A model generated the notes under the pieces. The model worked only from the letters and a program-made list of their open reading frames with translations, was not told where the DNA came from and searched no databases. 64,000 bases of DNA, from positions 32,001 to 96,000 of IMG/VR virus record IMGVR_UViG_3300034152_000556. The stretch is one strand, 5' to 3'. This DNA comes from a virus. Below, one piece after another: positions 40,047-47,142 of this stretch. The stretch's first letter is position 1. Each line of letters begins with the position of its first letter. The position numbers were made by a program, and so were the translations under genes.

Positions 40047-40603
40047 TTGCTTGCGTTCCCGTCTTCTGGTAATGTTACCAGCGTGAATTCATTATTAAAC
40101 CAACACGCCATGTTACGGTTTAGCAAATCTGTTGATAGAAATTCTTTTATTGATGGATAGTCTGGTAATGCTGTTAGCGTTTCATCTTCTAATGTGATTG
40201 GATTGATTTTTCGAACCTTCGAGTCTGTAATTTCTCCGGTAATCAATTTTGGGTGTGGGCAATACACAATAACCAAACGATTTCCGACCATACGAAAAAT
40301 CTCGTTTCGAAAAAAGTAGGTTTGTGTATCAAAGTCGTATGCAACGTTTTCTGCTTTCAACACACGATCAATAGATGTATGTTGTCTGCATAGAATACCT
40401 TCATCGGCTTTCGACTGACATTGTTCACAGTCGCTATGATCGACCTTGTATTTAATTCTTAATTCAAAATCTTTATCTGCGGCTTTTGAAAAATAGGTTA
40501 AAATTCTTCTTTTGTTCAATAGAAATTTAACTAGTGTAATGGGGTAAACCTCTACACCAAGCTTTTCTATGAACTTTTCAGTTTGAGTGTATCTGAGCAT
40601 CAA
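40022..40603 (-). CDS. Hypothetical protein (CxxC...C..H)
   Basis: 193-aa ORF with AGGAG SD. Confidence 0.75.
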   Translation of the reverse strand: MMLRYTQTEKFIEKLGVEVYPITLVKFLLNKRRILTYFSKAADKDFELRIKYKVDHSDCEQCQSKADEGILCRQHTSIDRVLKAENVAYDFDTQTYFFRNEIFRMVGNRLVIVYCPHPKLITGEITDSKVRKINPITLEDETLTALPDYPSIKEFLSTDLLNRNMACWFNNEFTLVTLPEDGNASNWCLISNR

Positions 40604-40645
40604 ATAACTCCTTCAATTACTTAAATTTTGTGCCAAAAAACGACA

Positions 40646-40746
40646 AAAAGCTGGCACTATATGTTTCACCCAGCTCGGTACTAACACAACTGTATTCACA
40701 AAGGAATAGAGCCGTGCTAGTAACCACGCTGGGTGATTAGAGCTTT
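40646..40746 (-). ncRNA. Unassigned structured RNA element (long G-U-rich hairpin)
   Basis: Nested helices AAAGCT/AGCTTT, TCACCCAGC/GCTGGGTGA, ACTAGCACGGCT/AGTTGTGTTAGT (fully paired only on the minus strand, via G-U) and TATTC/GAATA. Confidence 0.5.
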
Positions 40747-40757
40747 GCTTTAGACCG

Positions 40758-40943
40758 TTATTCAGTGCCACAGCTGTCATGATCGGAGTCATGTTGCTGT
40801 GACACGTATTGTTTCCTAATGTAGTCGGAAACTTTAACACCTAAAAAGTCAGCGACTTTGATGAGGGTACTGGGAGATGATTTTCTCAGGTGATCTTCGA
40901 TTCGCCGTCTCAACTTTTTTAGACTATTCGATTTATCTCCCAT
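40758..40943 (-). CDS. Small basic hypothetical protein
   Basis: 61 aa with AAGGAG SD; follows the ARPP-like gene. Confidence 0.6.
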   Translation of the reverse strand: MGDKSNSLKKLRRRIEDHLRKSSPSTLIKVADFLGVKVSDYIRKQYVSQQHDSDHDSCGTE

Positions 40944-40955
40944 TGTTACAACTCC

Positions 40956-41921
40956 TTACAGAACAATTGACATATAGACAGGTTCACCGTCTTGTTCGAT
41001 GAGGTCACCGCCCCCACCAGGAGTCTTAATCATCTTGACCGACACATTTCCATCTCTGTCAAGCTGGCTTACGTTGCTGACATCGATAGAGTTAAGCATT
41101 GGCAAGATGCTTTCTTGAACCGTAGTTGAGAAGTCTTCAAGAATTTCTTTGACCTCTTCTGGTGTAGCGTCTGATGGAATGCTCGGAAGCACCAGAGCAG
41201 ACTCTTGTAGACGACCCGATTTCTTCAAACGAATCATCTCAGCACCATAACAACCACGAATCAATAGTTGCCAATAACGCTGCCAATGCTCTTGCGATGG
41301 CATGATCTCCAAACCAACCGGTACGCCGCCGAACATAATCAGCGCACCAATCTGGCCCGGTACTGGCTCGAATTCAGCCGCAAACTCTTCAAGAGCTTCA
41401 CGAATTTCTGGTCTGTCGTAGAAGTCACGTAGGTGTCCACGCGCACGACCACGAAAACCTGGAATTGAACCGATCCAGCGTGTGATACGATCCCAAAGCT
41501 TGCCATAGTCACTCTTTTGACGGAATTGACGATTCAGAAAAGCCTTTCTCAGTTCAACCGGTAGGATATCGTACTCGTTATCCTCACCTCTCAGATAGCC
41601 ACCCTGAGACGCTTCGATACAACATGCATTGTCGAAACGTTTGGTTTTCTTTGCTGAAACAACACCGCTTCCGCTCATAGCATGGTCTTGTGCGCCTTTT
41701 CCACGCACCATGATGTTTGTAGGGATAATGGCAGGACGCTCAGGATCTTCGTTCTTGAACTCCATCGTACCGTAGTTTGTCGTTCTTTCGAACTTCAAAG
41801 AGGATGGCGATGCTACATTACCCCTCGCATCACCAACAATCGGTACAACAGTCATCTCGTTGACGATCTGAGCTTCGCCAACACCGATGTTATTGAATCT
41901 GAATTTCTCGAAGATTTTCAT
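40956..41921 (-). CDS. ARPP/DUF6569-like protein
   Basis: GEAQ....MTVVPI, N....PAIIP, AQDHA, CIEASQGG, Y..LW..I, FE.V.GQIGA...GG..VGLE, W...L...Y pattern recalled for this family. Confidence 0.55.
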   Translation of the reverse strand: MKIFEKFRFNNIGVGEAQIVNEMTVVPIVGDARGNVASPSSLKFERTTNYGTMEFKNEDPERPAIIPTNIMVRGKGAQDHAMSGSGVVSAKKTKRFDNACCIEASQGGYLRGEDNEYDILPVELRKAFLNRQFRQKSDYGKLWDRITRWIGSIPGFRGRARGHLRDFYDRPEIREALEEFAAEFEPVPGQIGALIMFGGVPVGLEIMPSQEHWQRYWQLLIRGCYGAEMIRLKKSGRLQESALVLPSIPSDATPEEVKEILEDFSTTVQESILPMLNSIDVSNVSQLDRDGNVSVKMIKTPGGGGDLIEQDGEPVYMSIVL

Positions 41922-41925
41922 AAGT

Positions 41926-43464
41926 TTATCCTCCTATAAGCTTTCGATATTTACTGACCAAAAGTTTTCTGACCATACCTGTATTTTCAATCATACGATT
42001 GAAGATCAGCTCGGTCTCCAAGTACTTGTAGTTTTCGACAGGCATTGGGTCTACACCTTCAGCCAGCTTTCTGCCAGTTCCCTTTTTCGCATCAGCGGAA
42101 AACACAGGGTTAATATGGAGAAGTTCAAACTCGTACCCTGTGTCTTGGAAATGTTGATAAGCTTTGTCAAACATTCCCTTTACGGCGTTTTCGTAACCGT
42201 CTGAAAATACGACGATCTTTTTGGCTCCTGTTAGAACAGCGTCTACCAAGCCTCTCCATAGAGGTGAACCACCAGCAGGGTAAACCACTTGATGTGACCC
42301 TTCTTTAATCACCGCTCCACCAACATAGATTATGTCTTTCACGTTATCCAATGTTGATATAATTGAAAGCGATGTCAAAAATGGGTGCAGTGGTCTTTCC
42401 TTACTACCTTGCATCGAGTGCGAAGCATCGAGAATACATACACATTCACCAATGTCGATCTTATCGATCTTTGCACCTTGCTTGTCGATTGCATCAGAGA
42501 CTTTGTCGAGGTCTTTCTTTCCACCGTTTGCAATCTGATGGTAGAAGTACTTCCACAAATCGTACAAGTCCTGTTTTTCATAATCGACTTTCACTTTGGC
42601 TCCGGCCTTCTTGCTTGCTGTTTGCATTTGCAGCTTTTCACGATCACTCATTTTTGATTTTTCGTATACATCTTTCAAAGGTATGTTCACTTTGTAAAGG
42701 TTACGAAAACCAACAACGGTTCTCATAGGCATACCCTTCATAAGGGTTCGAAATGCATCGACATCGTTGGCGATTGCTGCCTGTTTAAGCTTTTGGTATT
42801 GATCTATTTTTGGATAGTGGTAGGTGATATCACTAGCAACCGTATCCACGCCAAACAGATGCCACATGACAGGCTGTGCGCCACTTTGATAACGACCGAT
42901 GTACTTTCTGAACAAGGCTTCGTCTCCATTCAGAACTTTGAACAGTGTTTGTTTGCCAAGGGCATGTCTCACGAGACGTTTCATTTTACCCTTGTAGTTC
43001 ACTGCCAGTGCATCGGTTTCTTTTGGCGGACGGTTGAAAATGTACTCAAGAATCAACTTACGTGTACGAGCGTTGTTGACTCTCTTTGCGTTTGAGTCCG
43101 CACCAGCCAGAATCAGAAGGTTTTTCATAGCGTCTGGCACTTTTTCTTTGGCAAGATTGTGGTAGATGACCCTGCGTTCAAAATCAGAATCGAGCAGTGT
43201 GTCTTCAACAACCAAATCTTTACCGGAACCCGTTGGCGCAGGGTTCGACAAGAGCATATGTGTCATCATACCCTTGCTGAATCGCGTTCCGTTCAACAGC
43301 ATGGTCAGAGCGAACAGCACACGGTCATACTGAAACAACCCGTTCCACATCTCAAAAACACGATTGAATTGCGCGTCTTTTCCTTCGTAATAGGCTCCCT
43401 TCGGTACGTATTGAAGGATTCCACTGTCAATCTTTGTAACTGATTTTGTCACTGATTTCGCCAT
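41926..43464 (-). CDS. Divergent Ro60/TROVE-like RNA-binding protein (helical domain + C-terminal vWA)
   Basis: 512 aa. C-terminal vWA with LDASHSM MIDAS and FSDGYEN. LMKGMPMRTVVGFRNL resembles Ro60 MPLTALLRNL. ncRNA array directly upstream. Confidence 0.65.
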   Translation of the reverse strand: MAKSVTKSVTKIDSGILQYVPKGAYYEGKDAQFNRVFEMWNGLFQYDRVLFALTMLLNGTRFSKGMMTHMLLSNPAPTGSGKDLVVEDTLLDSDFERRVIYHNLAKEKVPDAMKNLLILAGADSNAKRVNNARTRKLILEYIFNRPPKETDALAVNYKGKMKRLVRHALGKQTLFKVLNGDEALFRKYIGRYQSGAQPVMWHLFGVDTVASDITYHYPKIDQYQKLKQAAIANDVDAFRTLMKGMPMRTVVGFRNLYKVNIPLKDVYEKSKMSDREKLQMQTASKKAGAKVKVDYEKQDLYDLWKYFYHQIANGGKKDLDKVSDAIDKQGAKIDKIDIGECVCILDASHSMQGSKERPLHPFLTSLSIISTLDNVKDIIYVGGAVIKEGSHQVVYPAGGSPLWRGLVDAVLTGAKKIVVFSDGYENAVKGMFDKAYQHFQDTGYEFELLHINPVFSADAKKGTGRKLAEGVDPMPVENYKYLETELIFNRMIENTGMVRKLLVSKYRKLIGG

Positions 43465-43543
43465 CTTACAATCCTCCTCTTAAAATTTCGACGTAGGACC
43501 CTGATAGCCAATTTTTTCGGATGAAACAAAAATTAGCCATTCA

Positions 43544-43625
43544 GTCTTAGTCGAGTGAATGGTGGTAGGTGTGGCTCATTGATTATTAGTAAATCTGAAG
43601 CCACACCAAGTCCATAAACTAAGAC
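43544..43625 (-). ncRNA. Array unit 6: handle with minimal cargo, embedded in the leader of the vWA gene
   Basis: ATGG-ACTT-GGTGTGGC-TTCAG...GCCACACC-TACCA-CCAT, inside outer stem GTCTTAGT/ACTAAGAC. Confidence 0.75.
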
Positions 43626-43710
43626 GACATCAATTCGTGATAGAAGGTCGCGGAGACGCTTAGCGACTCCCCACCATCTTCACGGTCAACGCCGCCGTGC
43701 ATACTGGTGT

Positions 43711-43801
43711 GGGGTGAGGTGAGTGTACCTCACAGGACGCCGTGCTAATCTAGCGTTGGCGCCCAGTGCAAACCTGAGCGGAAGATACACTCAGTCACCC
43801 C
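43711..43801 (-). ncRNA. Array unit 5: handle with GC-rich hairpin cargo
   Basis: GGGGTG-ACTG-AGTGTATC-TTCCG...GGTACACT-CACCT-CACCCC; internal stem GGGCGCC/GGCGTCC. Confidence 0.75.
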
Positions 43802-43810
43802 GAGAAGTAA

Positions 43811-43937
43811 GCGAGAGTAGCAATGTAGCGTGTTGTGTTTGACCATCCCCCCGTAGGTGGGGGGAGTAGGACTCGAACCTACAGTGTCATGCTCCCAATG
43901 CATGTGTCTTTTCCTGAAACCACATTAAGTCTCTCGC
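43811..43937 (-). ncRNA. Array unit 4: handle carrying a circularly permuted tRNA-Pro(UGG)-like domain
   Basis: GCGAGAG-ACTT-AATGTGGT-TTCAG, CATGC-ATTGGGA-GCATG, GTAGG-TTCGAGT-CCTAC, TCCCCCC-ACCTAC-GGGGGGA, TGGTC, ...GCTACATT-GCTA-CTCTCGC. Confidence 0.85.
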
Positions 43938-43979
43938 AAATTGTGAATACGGGGTGATCAGGCCCCGGGGCTTTAATAA

Positions 43980-44075
43980 GGGAGATAGAATATGTAGCTT
44001 GTGTGATACTTGTACCTGTCAATGGTAGGTACGAGAGTTACAGTCTCGTTATCTGAAACTACATAAAGTTCTCCC
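43980..44075 (-). ncRNA. Array unit 3: handle carrying a Tyr(GUA)-like anticodon stem-loop
   Basis: GGGAGA-ACTT-TATGTAGT-TTCAG...ACGAGA-CTGTAAC-TCTCGT...GCTACATA-TTCTA-TCTCCC. Confidence 0.78.
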
Positions 44076-44085
44076 GAAAAAACAA

Positions 44086-44189
44086 AGTGGAGTAGCAATG
44101 TACTAAGATGGGACTTGAACCCACAACATACTGTTTATAAGACAGTTGCTCTACCAGTTGAGCTACGGAAAGCACATTTAGTCTCCACT
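44086..44189 (-). ncRNA. Array unit 2: handle replacing the acceptor stem of a tRNA-Ile(UAU)-like body
   Basis: AGTGGAG-ACTA-AATGTGCT-TTCCG-TA-GCTC-AACTGGTA-GAGC-A-ACTGT-CTTATAA-ACAGT-ATGTT-GTGGG-TTCAAGT-CCCAT-CTT-AGTACATT-GCTA-CTCCACT. Confidence 0.88.
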
Positions 44190-44197
44190 GAAAAAAG

Positions 44198-44308
44198 AAA
44201 GGTAGTGAGAAATGTAGCTGTAAGGCGGATTTGAACCGCGTCTCTCCTTGGGCATAGGAGTGATGTACCAAACATCACTGAAACAGAAACTACATTAAGT
44301 CTACCTTT
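44198..44308 (-). ncRNA. Array unit 1: handle replacing the acceptor stem of a tRNA-Gly(GCC)-like body
   Basis: AAAGGTAG-ACTT-AATGTAGT-TTCTG...GATG-TTTGGTA-CATC-A-CTCCT-ATGCCCA-AGGAG-AGAC-GCGG-TTCAAAT-CCGC...GCTACATT-TCTCA-CTACCTTT. Confidence 0.83.
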
Positions 44309-44353
44309 ATAATTGTAAAAAATTAAGCGTCAGAAATTATTACTATTTGTAAT

Positions 44354-44368
44354 TAATATATATAGATG
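44354..44368 (-). promoter_or_regulatory. Candidate early promoter CATCTATATATATTA driving the ncRNA array and early block
   Basis: 15/15 identical to 58912-58926; 46 nt upstream of array unit 1. Confidence 0.65.
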
Positions 44369-44384
44369 TGTGTTTTATAAATGA

Positions 44385-44642
44385 TTAGGTCAAATCGAGT
44401 TTGACAGGTGTTCGATAGTCATCTAGGTCCAATAATAGCTTTTTTCCCTCGTAGCTGTCAAGAGCATTTTTAATTAAATTTTTCGCACTAGATGGCATCA
44501 TGGGGTCAGTCTTTAAAAGCTGAATCCCACCCTTGAAAGAAATCGAAACACCATCTGCTGTTTCACTTACATCAAGCATTTCTGATCTGTCAACAGTTAA
44601 ATTAAAACTGCCATTTTTTCTTGTAATCACTAAATCAGCCAT
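44385..44642 (-). CDS. Hypothetical protein
   Basis: 85-aa ORF, last gene of the late block. Confidence 0.7.
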   Translation of the reverse strand: MADLVITRKNGSFNLTVDRSEMLDVSETADGVSISFKGGIQLLKTDPMMPSSAKNLIKNALDSYEGKKLLLDLDDYRTPVKLDLT

Positions 44643-44646
44643 TCGT

Positions 44647-45249
44647 TCATTCCTCTCCTAAATGATATTTAATGGTAGGTATGATTCTTTTTGATTTTTC
44701 ACGAAACCACTGAATCATATTTGTACGTGTATTTGTTCCAAGAAATTGTGTTATCATCCCGTTATAGTTGAACGAATCAATCTGATCTTCAATTTCTAGT
44801 ATAATATTGTTCTCACTTTTTTCGATGAAAGTGTCCAAATCTTTCGGGAAACGATCCGTAACAAATTTCCAAACTCTCACTAAAAAATCCTCGTGATCAT
44901 ATTCGTAGAATTTTACAAATTCATAAAACTCTTCAATTTCTTGTTCACTAGTAAAATCTATGTTTTCATTAAACTCAAAATCATAAATTTCATTTACTTT
45001 TTCCATCATTGCAATGCAAAGCATCTTTTGTTTTTCATAATCATTTTCTCTTTGCATTATATCAAAAACGCTAAGAAATTCATTTTTGAAATCGTCTTTA
45101 CCCATAGCACTAACAATAATTTGAAAATAATATTGCCTTAGCGCATCTTCCTCAGCGAGTTCATCCTCTTGATAATCATCTAAATCCTCTTCTGGTAGTG
45201 GGAGTGAATTCCCAAGAAGAATCTTAGTTTGTGCGTCAATCTCGAACAT
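44647..45249 (-). CDS. Acidic hypothetical protein
   Basis: 200-aa operonic ORF. Confidence 0.75.
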   Translation of the reverse strand: MFEIDAQTKILLGNSLPLPEEDLDDYQEDELAEEDALRQYYFQIIVSAMGKDDFKNEFLSVFDIMQRENDYEKQKMLCIAMMEKVNEIYDFEFNENIDFTSEQEIEEFYEFVKFYEYDHEDFLVRVWKFVTDRFPKDLDTFIEKSENNIILEIEDQIDSFNYNGMITQFLGTNTRTNMIQWFREKSKRIIPTIKYHLGEE

Positions 45250-47132
45250 TAGTTCAATACCTTTTGTAGTCGTTTGAATTGAGGTTTGGTCAATCTTCGT
45301 TTATCCATAACCTTAATCATCTGTTTCACATCTTTCAGCTCTTCTTCAGCATATTGTCTTAATTTAGATGTAACTTGATAGCATTTTTCTTTATGTTTAT
45401 TATATTTGCAGAATTCTTCATCTCCGGTTTTCTTGATAAGCTTAATTGTATTGACCAAAAATCTTTCTCGTGCTTCATAGACACATCTTGTTAATTTTGG
45501 TCGATCAACATATTCTTGATATTCAATTTTGTCTTGAATACGACCATAATTATCTTGTGTTCTTGATCGCGTTGCCACCTCTCCACTGAAAGTTCTCTGA
45601 CACAAGTCGATTTCATGATCAAATTTATTAATTAGCTTTGCGAACTCTGGGTGCTTAGATATACCGCTTTCATATGTAGATGCTAGCCAAGCCAATGCAC
45701 CAAAGATTAGAAAATATGCACCCATGATAATAAAGAATGGATCAATCTCACTGATAAGCTCTTGGTGCTCTAAATAATTTTTAATTGTCTCGTTTTCTTT
45801 CACAACTCCTCCTGTATAACCCACAATAACATGAACCATCTCACGCCAACCAATCGGATTACCGATTCGGGCATCAACAGCAGATTTGAAGCCTCTAAAT
45901 GTTACATTTATGCTTGGATCATTTCTATATAAAAGTTTAATATAATTAAATACTTCTTCTTTGATTTTATTGTCAACTTTTGGATTTACAAACTTGTAAA
46001 GATTATCAAGAGATATCAGAATTTGTTTAGAATCAAATTTAACTTCGTATGCTGGTGCTCTACTTAGAAGTGCATAATCTATATCTCTTTTATTTAAATT
46101 TGTTATAATGATCACTTGACCTTTGAATTCGAATTTTTCAGGTAAACCAGATTCAGGTGGGCCACCATCTCCATAGGTCTGAATCATCTTCTCTCTTGGT
46201 AAAGAAACGATTCGCTTTTCGTAAGTATCGGTCACAGATTTTAGCAAGTTGATTGTATCTGGGTTTTGTAAAGGTGTATCGAAGTCATCTAATACTAAAA
46301 TCTTATTTCTGTGTCTATAAAGAAGAGCAAAAGTGCCAGGCAGACCAAGCGTTGCGCCCTTCTCAATAACATATTGTCTTTTTGGAAGCAATCCTTTAAA
46401 ATGAAATGTTCGTCTAAGAGTATATGTCTTTGACATTCCCGGTGGCCCACAGATAATAAGAGCGTTAGCGCGACCATCTATGATGTGTTCAATATATTGA
46501 ACAAGACCATCGAACATTGCAAATCCCGGTTCGTTGCTAGCTTGACCATAGAATAATTCTTGATTTATTTTATGTTCAGCTGCGCTTTCAATATAATATT
46601 CAGAAACGAAATTAATTAACTTTTTCATCAGAATGTAAAATTTCATGATAAATGGTAAAGCAATCAATATACCATAAAAAACCATGAGGACTTTCACAAA
46701 AGGATCAGCCTCTTTCCAAGTATCAATAAAAATTTGAATTCCTGGAATTTCTGTTATGACTTCTCTTCGTTGAAGTTCTTTTAGAGCATATCTCATCTCT
46801 GATTCTTTCATCATACGAGGAAGTTTATATTTAGTTGTTCTAAGATACTCGCTAACGAATTCAACAAACTTCTCTTTATCCATATCCTTGAATTGTATCT
46901 GAAAGGCTAGACGTAATCTCAAGTCGTACACATCCATAGAGTGAAGTGTATTAAATGCTGCTGTCTTTGAAGAAAACCCTAACATTCTCGGTCCTTTTGC
47001 TGTATGAAAGAAATAACGAACCTGAAAGAGCTTTCCAGACTTCTTAGTTTGATATGTATCTATTCCAGGTATACGAATGATCTTCTTTACACCAGGAAAT
47101 CTAATTGATTGTAAATTTAATATGAATTTCAT
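45249..47132 (-). CDS. P-loop AAA-like ATPase with TM segments, fused to a Cys-rich virion-family domain
   Basis: GPPGMSKT, VLDDFD, IIITN, ALLSR. Two hydrophobic helices. C-terminus similar to 60464-61021. Confidence 0.75.
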   Translation of the reverse strand: MKFILNLQSIRFPGVKKIIRIPGIDTYQTKKSGKLFQVRYFFHTAKGPRMLGFSSKTAAFNTLHSMDVYDLRLRLAFQIQFKDMDKEKFVEFVSEYLRTTKYKLPRMMKESEMRYALKELQRREVITEIPGIQIFIDTWKEADPFVKVLMVFYGILIALPFIMKFYILMKKLINFVSEYYIESAAEHKINQELFYGQASNEPGFAMFDGLVQYIEHIIDGRANALIICGPPGMSKTYTLRRTFHFKGLLPKRQYVIEKGATLGLPGTFALLYRHRNKILVLDDFDTPLQNPDTINLLKSVTDTYEKRIVSLPREKMIQTYGDGGPPESGLPEKFEFKGQVIIITNLNKRDIDYALLSRAPAYEVKFDSKQILISLDNLYKFVNPKVDNKIKEEVFNYIKLLYRNDPSINVTFRGFKSAVDARIGNPIGWREMVHVIVGYTGGVVKENETIKNYLEHQELISEIDPFFIIMGAYFLIFGALAWLASTYESGISKHPEFAKLINKFDHEIDLCQRTFSGEVATRSRTQDNYGRIQDKIEYQEYVDRPKLTRCVYEARERFLVNTIKLIKKTGDEEFCKYNKHKEKCYQVTSKLRQYAEEELKDVKQMIKVMDKRRLTKPQFKRLQKVLN

Positions 47133-47142
47133 CGTCTCTCCT

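Noticed and set aside
40613-40840. 75-aa ORF in the track
   Set aside because: It overlaps the better-supported 40758-40943 gene and the structured RNA; no SD.
43544-43801. Anticodon assignments for units 5 and 6 (possible GAT- and CTA-centred 7-nt loops)
   Set aside because: The stems are short, there is no U at position 33 and no other tRNA features; likely chance.
44059-44271. 70-aa minus-strand ORF in the track
   Set aside because: It overlaps ncRNA units 1-3 and is the translation of tRNA-like sequence (VAQLVEQ, VVGSSP). No SD.
44086-44308. Calling units 1-2 ordinary tRNA genes
   Set aside because: No pairable 7-bp acceptor stem and no discriminator/CCA; the flanks form the shared handle instead.
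43544-44308. CRISPR array or simple direct repeats
   Set aside because: The shared elements are short, covary as helices rather than being identical, and enclose the variable part. No cas genes.
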